Of a stretch of DNA of 64,000 nt, positions 54,076-63,356 are shown piece after piece. The translations under genes and the position numbers were made by a program. The notes under the pieces were generated by a model that made no database searches, was not told where the DNA came from, and saw nothing but the letters and a program-made list of their open reading frames with translations. The number at the start of each line of letters is the position of its first letter. Position 1 is the stretch's first letter. The DNA is from Candidatus Latescibacterota bacterium (GTDB lineage Bacteria; Latescibacterota; UBA2968; UBA8231): the NCBI GenBank assembly GCA_965204725.1, contig OZ242005.1, positions 3,840,001-3,904,000 of the forward strand, in the 5' to 3' direction.

Positions 54076-54094
54076 TGCGACGCGATCTGTCGCA
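54076..54094. promoter_or_regulatory. Candidate WYL-regulator operator
   Basis: TGCGAC-N7-GTCGCA about 45 bp upstream of the 54141 start. Confidence 0.6.
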
Positions 54095-54140
54095 CCTCCT
54101 AGGTAAGTTTCCTTTTCCCACAACCAAAAGGAGGTGTGCA

Positions 54141-54608
54141 ATGCGTATTCGCTTTTCTTTTTTCGTCGCTCTGTTGGCCTTCGGCCTTGTCGCCTGCGAA
54201 GGCCCGGCGGGACCGATGGGGCCGCAAGGGCCGCAAGGCGCAACCGGACCGCCTAGGGAAGGAATCGTCATCGAGCGGCAACTGTCCAATGCCCTCTACG
54301 ACGAGGACGGCACCATCTTCATCGAGGATGACCGGATAACCCCGACGACCTTCCAAGCCCTTTATCTCAAGTTCAAGGCAGCATTACCCGACCTCGGACC
54401 CGACGTAGTAGCATACATGCCGCTAGACTATCTCCTAGTGTCTGCGGTATCGTTCGCCCCCGAAGAGAGCGAGTTGGAGACGCCGGTCCTCGCCATCAGC
54501 GAGGGTATGCTCACGATCGTGGACCCTAATAGGATCCTCCTAGGTCTCGCAGTAGAATCTTTTTTTGACGGAGTAGATATCCATCTGGCGATTTTAGTGT
54601 CCCAGTAG
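54141..54608 (+). CDS. Lipoprotein with short collagen-like Gly-X-Y repeat
   Basis: LVAC lipobox then GPAGPMGPQGPQGATGPP; AGGAGG RBS. Confidence 0.85.
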   Translation: MRIRFSFFVALLAFGLVACEGPAGPMGPQGPQGATGPPREGIVIERQLSNALYDEDGTIFIEDDRITPTTFQALYLKFKAALPDLGPDVVAYMPLDYLLVSAVSFAPEESELETPVLAISEGMLTIVDPNRILLGLAVESFFDGVDIHLAILVSQ

Positions 54609-54635
54609 GCACCATGTCATCTCGGAGAAAAAACC

Positions 54636-55518
54636 ATGCTCAACGCCTACGAACGCCAGCTTATTCTCTTTTACCTCTCCAACGCCGCCGCGCACTTCCA
54701 CCACTCCGTCCGAGGAAAGAGGGAGGAGCTAGCCGAGTGGGTCACCGAGAACCGCGACCTCCTCGCGCTCAGTGACGAGACTGAGGAGCCGGGCGAGCAC
54801 CAAGCGAGCAGCCTCTACGAAAAGGAGTTGTCCGCACGGGAATGGAATCATCTACGGAAGACCCTAGAAGAAGAGTACGCGGCAGCCTGCAAAGGTGGAC
54901 GGAAAGACCGCATAGCCCGACTGCTGCTGCGGCTTGGACAGGAGATGGACCTCGCACCGGAGGACATCGCGCTCATAGAGTTTTGGCTGCACTACGAAAC
55001 GCAGCCGATCTTTGGGTCGCTAGTCGAGTGTTTTGAAAGGGGCCGTCACTATCAGCGATTTTTTAACGTCACGCACCCTGTCCTACCCTGCATTCTCGGC
55101 ATACCGGCTAGCGCATTCCGCGCCCGCTTCACGGCCGATGCACCGCTCGTGAAGTCGGGGCTTGTGTCCGTCAATGACGACAGCGAATTCGAGATCATCA
55201 ATCGACTGCGCCGGCTGGTCTCCGTCCCAGACGACAGCGATCTCGACATGTGTAGCCTGTTGCTCGACGCGGCGACTCCGGGCGAACTGGAGTGGTCGGA
55301 CTTCGACCACGTGGCCGAAGCACGCGACCATATCGAAAAAATGATCAAGGGCGCATTATCCACCGGCAAACCGGGCGTAAACATCTTGGTGTACGGCCCG
55401 CCGGGAACCGGCAAGACCGAGTTTTGTAAGACGCTGGCCGCCCGGCTCGGAGCGAACCTCTATACGGTCGGCGAAGAGGACGAGCGATGCGACCCACGTG
55501 CGCAAGATGGGCTTTTGA
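54636..55518 (+). pseudogene. AAA ATPase, internally deleted after Walker A
   Basis: NILVYGPPGTGKTE, no Walker B; out-of-frame RKMGF* tail at 55501-55518. Confidence 0.72.
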
Positions 55519-55609
55519 AAACCAAAACAGCGTTCCGGGCTTCCGTCCCTCACAAAACTTCCGCTCAACCCACAGGAGATCGGCAGCGTGTGGAGAACAC
55601 TCTAAAAAC

Positions 55610-56998
55610 ATGACCCAAAAACCTATTGATAATCAGCACCTAGAACGGATGCCACCACAGGCTATCGAGGTGGAGCAGGCCATATTGGGGGCGATGATGC
55701 TCGATCAGCACGCCATCGGCCATGCCCTCAAAATCCTTGCCCCAAGCTGCTTTTACAATGCCTCGCACCGCCGGATCTTCGAGGCCATGATCAGCCTCTA
55801 CGAACGCGACTTGGTCGTCGATCAGTTCACCTTGGCCGAAGAGCTCAAGCACCATGACCAACTTGATGACGTCGGTGGAACCTTCTATCTGGCCGAGCTA
55901 GCTGCCAAGGTCTCTACTTCCGCCAATATCGCTGTCCACGTACGGATCGTCCTAGAAAAGGCACTCAGCCGCCAGTTCATTGAGGTCGCCAGTGACATCA
56001 TTGAGCAAACCTACAAAGGCCACGACAGCGTACTAGAGCTAATCAACCGTGCCGAGCAACGCCTTTTTGCCATCAGCGAAAACTGGATTGGAGGTGGGAT
56101 TAGAGGTGGGATTGAGCCGTTGAAAACGATCATGGGCGACGCACTCAAACAGATTGAGCGTACCCACAGCAAGGCTAGGGCAGTCTCTGGGGTAAGTATG
56201 GGGTTTACCGCTCTCAACGAGAGTACCTCTGGTCTCCAGAAGGGCGAGCTGATCGTGCTGGCATCGCGACCGTTCGTGGGCAAGACAGCACTGGCATTGA
56301 CCTTGGCACGCAACGCAGCCGTGGATACCGGGGTCGGGGTAGTGATCTTCAGCCCGCAAATGTCCAAGATGCAGGTAGTCCAGCGCCTGCTCGGTATTGA
56401 GGCCAAGGTTGATTTGCACCATCTCCGCACTGGGCGACTCAGCGAACAAGCGAGGATGCACTTGACGCGCTATGCCGAGCGCCTAGCCCAAGCACCTATC
56501 TTCATCGACGACACGCCCGCCATCCCGATGCCCGAAGTACGGGCCAAGGCGCGTCGGCTGCACCGGGAACACGGGATCGGCCTGATCGTGGTGGACTATT
56601 TACAATTGATGTGTGGACAGGCCAAGACTTCGAGCCACGAGGAGGAAATCGCGCACATTTCGCGCAGGCTAAAGGAACTGGCCGAGGAGTTGGACCTGCC
56701 TGTGCTAGTGCTGGTGCAGCTAGCGTGCTCGGAGGAAGGCTTTACCAGTCCGAGACCTGAGCTATCGGATTTGCCAGCGTTGGGGATCGAGCAAGCTGCC
56801 GACATGGTGATGTTCATCTACCGCCCGGGCATGTACGGGTTCACGTCGCCATCTGGCGAGGGCTTTGAAAATTTTGTCGAGATCATCATCGGCAAGCAAC
56901 GTAACGGCCCTCTTGAATCGATCTCCCTAAAATGGAACAACGGGAGCGCAACCTACGAGTCGCTTATACCTGAGAGACGGATGGTCCCGGAAGAATAG
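55610..56998 (+). CDS. dnaB: Divergent DnaB-like replicative helicase paralog
   Basis: PPQAIEVEQAILG, ASRPFVGKT, IFIDD, VDYLQLM, KQRNGP; several canonical motifs altered. Confidence 0.85.
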   Translation: MTQKPIDNQHLERMPPQAIEVEQAILGAMMLDQHAIGHALKILAPSCFYNASHRRIFEAMISLYERDLVVDQFTLAEELKHHDQLDDVGGTFYLAELAAKVSTSANIAVHVRIVLEKALSRQFIEVASDIIEQTYKGHDSVLELINRAEQRLFAISENWIGGGIRGGIEPLKTIMGDALKQIERTHSKARAVSGVSMGFTALNESTSGLQKGELIVLASRPFVGKTALALTLARNAAVDTGVGVVIFSPQMSKMQVVQRLLGIEAKVDLHHLRTGRLSEQARMHLTRYAERLAQAPIFIDDTPAIPMPEVRAKARRLHREHGIGLIVVDYLQLMCGQAKTSSHEEEIAHISRRLKELAEELDLPVLVLVQLACSEEGFTSPRPELSDLPALGIEQAADMVMFIYRPGMYGFTSPSGEGFENFVEIIIGKQRNGPLESISLKWNNGSATYESLIPERRMVPEE

Positions 56999-57026
56999 AA
57001 TGCTAGCCAATCCTCTTGGTTTATTA

Positions 57027-57128
57027 GCCGAAATCCTCGGCCACCTATAGGACGCGAAGGCACTCGCCGAATTGCTGCGCGCCGAGTGCGAAGCTAAGCC
57101 AAACCACTCGCACAAGATGGGCTTTTGA
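57027..57128 (+). pseudogene. Remnant 3' end of an AAA ATPase gene
   Basis: AEILGHL*DAKALAELLRAECEAKPNHSHKMGF*; shares CAAGATGGGCTTTTGA with 55503-55518. Confidence 0.6.
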
Positions 57129-57180
57129 TTAGGTTCTCGTTATTGACAAGTCGATTACCACTGAATAAGGGAGAACCGAC

Positions 57181-57474
57181 ATGCCTATGAAGAACCCACC
57201 ACATCCCGGCCAAGTCGTGCGCGTGTCCTGTCTGGAGCCGCTCGGCCTCAACGTCACGGAAGGCGCGAAAGTTCTCGGCGTCAGTCGCCAAGCCCTCTCG
57301 AATCTGGTGAATTGTCGTGCTCGCATGTCGGCCGACATGGCGATCCGCCTCGCGAAAGCCTTCGGCTCTACAACGGAGACTTGGATACGGTTACAAGCGG
57401 CCTACGACGTCGCTCAGGCGCAAGCGCGTGAGGACGAGATCGAGGTCGAGCGTTACGAGCCGCAACCCGTTTGA
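57181..57474 (+). CDS. higA: HigA family antitoxin (no adjacent HigB)
   Basis: MKNPPHPG, LGVSRQALS, MAIRLAKAFG..ETW.RLQ..YD. Confidence 0.9.
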   Translation: MPMKNPPHPGQVVRVSCLEPLGLNVTEGAKVLGVSRQALSNLVNCRARMSADMAIRLAKAFGSTTETWIRLQAAYDVAQAQAREDEIEVERYEPQPV

Positions 57475-57617
57475 GATAACAGACCGGTTCTTGAAGGAGC
57501 ATACTAGCCTTCTTGCTGTATGTTACTCGCGAAGGGTAGGCTTTCTGTGATACGGAGGAGTGATCAACTTACGTTACGTACCCTCCCGCTAAAGCGGGAA
57601 TCCAAGGAGTGATTAAT

Positions 57618-58568
57618 ATGCAGAAAGACCGAACCATCTCCCGCGCTCAGGGCTGCTTGTTGGGCCAGCTTGCCGGGGATTCGCTGGGCAGCCTAGTGGA
57701 ATTCCGTAGCCCCGAGGATATTCAGAGCAAGTATCCCGCTGGAGTCCGTGATCTCGCGGACGGCGGGGTCTGGAACACGATTGCCGGGCAGCCGACGGAC
57801 GATTCCGAAATGGCACTCGCCCTAGCCCGAATGCTGGCGAAGCACAATAGATACGACCGAACGCTTGCCTTCACGGCCTATACTCGCTGGTTGGACTCTG
57901 GCCCGTTCGACTGCGGCCACGCCGTCAGAAGCGGTCTTAAGGGAAACGCGATTGGAACCAGCCAAGCGAACGGGGCCATGATGCGGATCAGCCCGCTGGG
58001 CATCTTCGGCGCGAACTACGAATTAGATCAGGTGGCAGAATGGGCGCGCGAGGACGCAGCACTCACGCATCCCCATCCGGTCTGCCAGCAAGCCAACGCG
58101 CTCTACGCCTTGGCCATCGCCTCCGCGGTCCGCGCCGAATGCGAACCGCAGGACCTATACGAGCGGATTCAGATGTGGGCGAGGGACATCCCAACGGAAC
58201 CATCGCTCATGTCGGCCATTGACGGCGCGGCCACAGCACCGCCTGCGGAATATATGCACCAGCAGGGCTGGGTTCTGACGGCGTTCCGCAACGCGCTATG
58301 GCAACTGCTCCACGCCGAGAATCTCGAGGAAGCGGTCGCAGATACCGTCCAGCGAGGCGGAGACACCGACACCAACGCGGCCATCTGCGGAGCGCTGCTA
58401 GGCGCGGTGCATGGCCGAGAATCCGTCCCCGAACGGTGGGTGGACCGAATTTTGAACTGCCGACCCAAGAAAGGGGCTCCCAATGTCCTTCAACCTCGCC
58501 CAGAGTGCTACTGGCCGGTAGATGCGCTAGTGCTTGCTGAGCGTTTGATTCGCCCGCCCGTCGCATGA
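57618..58568 (+). CDS. ADP-ribosylglycohydrolase (DraG/ARH family)
   Basis: GDSLG, TDDSEM, NGAMMRISP, TH, GGDTDTNAAICGAL. Confidence 0.93.
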   Translation: MQKDRTISRAQGCLLGQLAGDSLGSLVEFRSPEDIQSKYPAGVRDLADGGVWNTIAGQPTDDSEMALALARMLAKHNRYDRTLAFTAYTRWLDSGPFDCGHAVRSGLKGNAIGTSQANGAMMRISPLGIFGANYELDQVAEWAREDAALTHPHPVCQQANALYALAIASAVRAECEPQDLYERIQMWARDIPTEPSLMSAIDGAATAPPAEYMHQQGWVLTAFRNALWQLLHAENLEEAVADTVQRGGDTDTNAAICGALLGAVHGRESVPERWVDRILNCRPKKGAPNVLQPRPECYWPVDALVLAERLIRPPVA

Positions 58569-58635
58569 CGACCACCCCTAATCTGTGCGGGTTCGCAACA
58601 AAGGAACTCGCACACTAAACAAGGAGCACAGCAAA

Positions 58636-59688
58636 ATGACACTGCCTAATCTGTACGGATTCGCAACAAAGGAACTCGCACAGGATGCTACCATTTCATA
58701 TCTCTTGGCGTGGGCCGACCCGGCATACCGCGAATCACATCCGCACCTTCACACCCTTGGCACCGAATTATTGCGTTCACTCCTTCAGACGCAAGAAGTG
58801 GTTCTTCCACCGATCGAAACACTTTGTATTAAGACCCAAGTTGACCGGATTGACATTGTCGTGAAGATCAACGCCGGCGAGAATGGAGTCCTTCTGATCA
58901 TCGAAGACAAGGTGAACACCCAAGAGAGGCGGAACCAAATTAAAGAGTATAAAGAGACCGCCGAGGAGAAGTACCGAGGCCAGTATGATCGTTTAGTTGC
59001 GGTATATTTCAAGACGGGAAACGAATCGAAAGCCAGCCTTCCAAATAAAAAAGAATGCGGCCGCTTTATGCGCCGCGACCTGCTAGACGTCCTGAACAAA
59101 TTTCAGGACACGGGAAATACCATCGTGGACGACTTTCGCACCCATCTTCAAAACCGGGAAGACGATACAAACAGGTGGGAATCCGCGAGTTACGACGAGT
59201 GGAAGGGGGGACAACGGGAGTGCGAGGGCTTCTATGCCGAGCTAGAACACAGGTGGGACGGTTGTTGTGGGTGGGGTTATATTGCAAATCCGGCTGGAGG
59301 ATTCCTTGGCTGGTGGTCGAAATACTGGCCTATCGGAACCAAGGATCGGTACACTCTATATATACAGATCCACAATGCACAGCGTTTGACCGTCCGGCTT
59401 GGATCCGGTAAGGCCATGGACAAAGTTCGTGCCCCGTTCATGTACCAAGTTCTCGATGCCTTGAACGAAGAGGCTTTTGACGACATCCACATCGAAAAGG
59501 CGGGGACGTTCAGGGGCGGCGGTGCTGCAGCGGTTGCAGACGTCACGTTTGATGAACAAGGCCCTTGGTTTGCCGTTGACCCCAACGGCGTCGTGAATAT
59601 GGACGCCACGATCGAACGGCTGCGTCGCTTGGAGGAATTGCTGGAAAAAGTTGCGACGCGCTTAACCGAACAGGGGATCGTCAGTTAG
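58636..59688 (+). CDS. PD-(D/E)XK nuclease family protein
   Basis: ATKELAQDA, RIDI...LIIEDK, YFKTG, WGYIANPAGGF. Confidence 0.8.
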   Translation: MTLPNLYGFATKELAQDATISYLLAWADPAYRESHPHLHTLGTELLRSLLQTQEVVLPPIETLCIKTQVDRIDIVVKINAGENGVLLIIEDKVNTQERRNQIKEYKETAEEKYRGQYDRLVAVYFKTGNESKASLPNKKECGRFMRRDLLDVLNKFQDTGNTIVDDFRTHLQNREDDTNRWESASYDEWKGGQRECEGFYAELEHRWDGCCGWGYIANPAGGFLGWWSKYWPIGTKDRYTLYIQIHNAQRLTVRLGSGKAMDKVRAPFMYQVLDALNEEAFDDIHIEKAGTFRGGGAAAVADVTFDEQGPWFAVDPNGVVNMDATIERLRRLEELLEKVATRLTEQGIVS

Positions 59689-59712
59689 TTGCGCGAGCCT
59701 TCGCGATAATGA

Positions 59713-60039
59713 TTATGCCCGCAGCAAACGCCGCTGTAGCAAGGTCTGCATGTCGCGTCGTCCATCGGCGATCAAGAGCACATAGACGTCATTTCCCATC
59801 ACCCGATAAATGATGCGATAGGGCCTAAAAAATATCTCTCGGTATTCCCGAACCCCGATGTCCAGCAATTCCGTCGGATAGCTCCCGCGCTCTGGATACT
59901 CGGATAGGCTGCTGAACGCCTTCTCAATCTGCTTCAGCACATAATCCGCCCGGCCCGGCCCATCATGCCGGTCGATGTAATCGCAGATCGTCTCCAAATC
60001 ATACGTAGCGTCGTCGATCAACTGAACCAAGAACGCCAT
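59713..60039 (-). CDS. RelE/ParE family toxin
   Basis: A..DL..I..YI, PERG, YRIIYRV, DGRRD. Confidence 0.9.
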   Translation of the reverse strand: MAFLVQLIDDATYDLETICDYIDRHDGPGRADYVLKQIEKAFSSLSEYPERGSYPTELLDIGVREYREIFFRPYRIIYRVMGNDVYVLLIADGRRDMQTLLQRRLLRA

Positions 60040-60314
60040 CAGCGACCCTGGTGCCGCTCCCGCAGCCGTGCGACGACCTTGGCGGCCGGTTGCACCTGAC
60101 CTGCTTCGATCTGGCGGCTACCCAGCGCGAGTATCTTGAGCAACGCAACCGTTTCCTGCATCTGCTCGTAGCTGTCGATGTCCTGCATGACCGCCTTGGC
60201 TTCGCCGTTCTGGGTGATGACCAAGGGTTCTGGTTGGTCGCTAAGTGTGCGTACGATCTCAGCGGCGTGGGCCTTGAGATAACTGATCGGCTTGATCTGG
60301 CTGGACAGTTTCAT
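60039..60314 (-). CDS. Phd/YefM family antitoxin
   Basis: IKPISYLK, PLVITQNGEAKAV. Confidence 0.92.
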   Translation of the reverse strand: MKLSSQIKPISYLKAHAAEIVRTLSDQPEPLVITQNGEAKAVMQDIDSYEQMQETVALLKILALGSRQIEAGQVQPAAKVVARLRERHQGR

Positions 60315-60542
60315 GAGCACCTCCGTTTTGGACCAAATATAGACCGAAAACAGGTCAAGAGCAATGTCTGGCTAGTGCTTGATTATCTCATCTCAGCTTG
60401 AGATGTGCGGGCCTTCTTACTGTAATTTTGAACCGCTACTTCAAATTTACACGCTAACTTTACATTCGTTTTTCTCTATTTCCTCTTGATCATTAGCCAA
60501 GATCAAACATATTGTCTCTATATGAAATTAAATGGAGTCAAT

Positions 60543-61148
60543 ATGTCTGGATCAAAGAAAAAACGTCCCGAAGAAATCTTCCGCAGGTACGGCGGCCAAC
60601 TTCGAATGAGCGAGGCCATCGCGCACGGGATTACACGCTACATGCTATATGCCCTCAAGGACAGGGGCGTCATCGAGCCAGTCAGCAGAGGCATCTATCG
60701 GCTGCGGGAACTGCCTCCGCTCGGCAACCCTGATTTGGTCGCGGTGAGCCTTCGCTTCCCCAACGCCATCGTTTGCCTCGTCTCTGCGTTAGCCTACCAT
60801 GGCATCACGACTCAGATTCCCCATGAGATTTCCGTGGCAGTGCCAAGAGACTCGCGGGTGCCGGCACTCAACTATCCGCCCATCCGAGCCCACAGATGCT
60901 CGCAGGCAGCATACGAATCCGGCATTGAAACACATCTGATGGATGGCGTACCCGTCAAAATCTACAGCCGCGAGAAAACCCTAGCCGACTGCTTTAAGTT
61001 TCGCAACAAAATTGGTATGGATGTAGTGCTGGAAGCGTTGAAACTCCACCAGACGCGAAACGGGTTCAACCTCGGCGAACTGCTCAAATACGCCAGCATC
61101 TGTCGAGTGGAAAAGGTGATGCGGCCCTATTTGGAGGCACTGGTATGA
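60543..61148 (+). CDS. abiEi: Type IV TA antitoxin AbiEi
   Basis: RGIYRL, CLVSAL.YHG.TTQIP, EKTLADCFK.RN.IG. Confidence 0.9.
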   Translation: MSGSKKKRPEEIFRRYGGQLRMSEAIAHGITRYMLYALKDRGVIEPVSRGIYRLRELPPLGNPDLVAVSLRFPNAIVCLVSALAYHGITTQIPHEISVAVPRDSRVPALNYPPIRAHRCSQAAYESGIETHLMDGVPVKIYSREKTLADCFKFRNKIGMDVVLEALKLHQTRNGFNLGELLKYASICRVEKVMRPYLEALV

Positions 61149-62047
61149 CGTCTCCCCGCAATGTGTCCGCGTCCGTCCGACAACGCCTCCTCAATCGGTC
61201 CAGAAGTGAGCGAAGGCCATTCAACGAGCTGCTTCAATACTTCGCCATGGAGCGATTCCTCTACCGACTATCCCAATCCGCTCATGCCCATCGATTTGTG
61301 CTCAAGGGCGCGTTGATGCTGAGGGTTTGGGGCTCACCGGAATTCCGTCCGACCATGGACATCGACTTACTTGGCAGGACTCGCAACGCGGAAGCCGACA
61401 TCGTCTCTCAGATGCGGGACATCCTGATGGTCAATGTGGAAACAGACGGACTTGCGTTCGACCCAGATTCTATTCAGACCGAGCGGATCACCGAAGGTGC
61501 GGATTACGACGGGATCAGGATTCGGTTCCTAGGCACACTGGGATCCGCGATAATCCACATACAGATTGACATTGGCTTCGGCGATGTCGTGTATCCCGAT
61601 CCAAAAGAATCGGATTTTCCGACCATATTGAACTTCTCGGCACCGCGATTGTTCTGCTACAGCCGCGAGAGCTCCATCTCAGAGAAGTTTGAAGCCATGG
61701 TCAAGCTAGGTATGCTAAACAGCCGGATGAAGGATTTCTACGACATCTGGTTGATGTCTCGGCGGTTCGACTTTGAGGGTCTCAAGCTGACCCAAGCCAT
61801 TCAGCGGACCTTTGAGCGGCGAAACACGGTGCTGCCCGCGAAAATCGAAGCATTCTCTCAGCCTTTCATCGATGCCAAGCAGAGCCAGTGGGCAGCGTTC
61901 CGCAATAGGCTCCGGCAGGATCACCTGCCCACCTCGTTCGGGGAAATCACGGCTTCGGCGTGCGAATTTCTGTGGCCCGTTGTCGCGGCTCTTTCCTCTG
62001 GGAAATCCAGTCCGACAGACTGGATCGCACCCGGGCCATGGACCTGA
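61145..62047 (+). CDS. abiEii: Type IV TA nucleotidyltransferase toxin AbiEii
   Basis: FVLKGA, RPTMDIDL, DIGFGD, EKFEA, NSRMKDFYD. Confidence 0.92.
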   Translation: MTSPRNVSASVRQRLLNRSRSERRPFNELLQYFAMERFLYRLSQSAHAHRFVLKGALMLRVWGSPEFRPTMDIDLLGRTRNAEADIVSQMRDILMVNVETDGLAFDPDSIQTERITEGADYDGIRIRFLGTLGSAIIHIQIDIGFGDVVYPDPKESDFPTILNFSAPRLFCYSRESSISEKFEAMVKLGMLNSRMKDFYDIWLMSRRFDFEGLKLTQAIQRTFERRNTVLPAKIEAFSQPFIDAKQSQWAAFRNRLRQDHLPTSFGEITASACEFLWPVVAALSSGKSSPTDWIAPGPWT

Positions 62048-62201
62048 GCCGGTATCCTTCCATTAAAATGAAGAAGCCGGCTTGATTATCTCATCTCAGT
62101 TTGAGATGTGCGGGCCTTCTTGCTGTAATTTTGAACCGCTACTTCAAATTATCATGTAATTTTGAATAGCTATTTCAAATTTACACGTTAATTTTAAGTC
62201 C

Positions 62202-63356
62202 ATGTATAAACGAAATCTGGACCTCCCCGCGTCCGGCACCGAGACGTTTTTCCTCTGGGGGCCGCGACAGGCGGGCAAAAGCACCCTGCTAAAACACCAG
62301 TACGCCGATGGCCTGTGGCTCGATCTCCTAAAGGCCGACGAATTCAGGCGGTACGTCGCCAACCCGGAGTTTTTGCGTCAAGAAATTGAGGCGACCGGGT
62401 TCGATCCCAGCCGCCAGATCGTCATTGACGAGATTCAGAAAGTACCGGCACTGCTTGACGAGGTGCATTGGCTGCTCGAAAACCGAGGGTTGAGCTTCGC
62501 CCTTTGCGGCTCCAGTGCTCGCAAGGTGCGGCGCGGCGGGGCCAACCTGCTCGGCGGGCGAGCCGTGCGCTACCAACTGCACGGGCTGACGGCGCGAGAA
62601 CTCGGCGCAGACTTTGACCTCACCCGCCTCCTCAACCACGGCTACCTGCCCCGGATGTACGCCAACGCTCGTCCCGCCCGGTTGCTCGACGCTTACGTCG
62701 CCGACTATCTCAAGGAGGAAGTCGCGGCCGAAGGACTAGTCCGCAACTTGCCCGCGTTTGCCGGGTTTTTGAACGCGGCCGCTCTAGGCGATACCGAAAT
62801 GGTCAACTTCTCCAATATCGCGCGGGAGTGTGGCGTCTCCAGTCACACGGCGAGAGGCTATTACGAGATTCTCGAAGACGCGCTGCTCGGGCGCTGGTTG
62901 CCCGCCTTCCGCAAGCGTCCCAAGCGGCGAGTGGTTGCCGCGTCTAAGTTTTACTTTGCGGATGTTGGAGTGGTCAACCGACTCGCCCGCCGGGGGCAAC
63001 TGCTGGTGGGATCGGAGCTATACGGCAAGGCATTTGAGAACTGGGTATTCCACGAACTGGCCGCGTTTGCCGACTATCAAGCGTTCGAGGGCGAACTAAC
63101 GTATTGGCGTCTAGCCGGCGGGACCGAGGTTGATTTTATCTTGGGCGACATGCAACTCGCGGTCGAGGCCAAGGCGAGCAACCACATCGTCAGCAACCAC
63201 TTGAAAGGGCTGCGTAGCCTAGCAAAGGATCATCCGGGCGTCGGCCGGCGGGTTGTCGCATGCCTTGAACCCCGCGCCCGGCGCACTGACGACGGGATCG
63301 ACATCCTGCCCGCGACCACCTTCGTCCAAATGCTCTGGTGCGGCGACCTCGCCTAA
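62202..63356 (+). CDS. AAA_14 ATPase with DUF4143 domain
   Basis: GPRQAGKST, IDEIQK, CGSS, KFYFADVG, YWR...EVDF...EAK. Confidence 0.9.
   Translation: MYKRNLDLPASGTETFFLWGPRQAGKSTLLKHQYADGLWLDLLKADEFRRYVANPEFLRQEIEATGFDPSRQIVIDEIQKVPALLDEVHWLLENRGLSFALCGSSARKVRRGGANLLGGRAVRYQLHGLTARELGADFDLTRLLNHGYLPRMYANARPARLLDAYVADYLKEEVAAEGLVRNLPAFAGFLNAAALGDTEMVNFSNIARECGVSSHTARGYYEILEDALLGRWLPAFRKRPKRRVVAASKFYFADVGVVNRLARRGQLLVGSELYGKAFENWVFHELAAFADYQAFEGELTYWRLAGGTEVDFILGDMQLAVEAKASNHIVSNHLKGLRSLAKDHPGVGRRVVACLEPRARRTDDGIDILPATTFVQMLWCGDLA

Larger units (their letters stand above)
60377..62150. repeat. 71-bp direct repeats flanking the AbiE pair
   Basis: 60377-60447 vs 62080-62150, 69/71 identical; contains TTTGAA-N8-TTCAAA palindrome. 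Confidence 0.93.
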
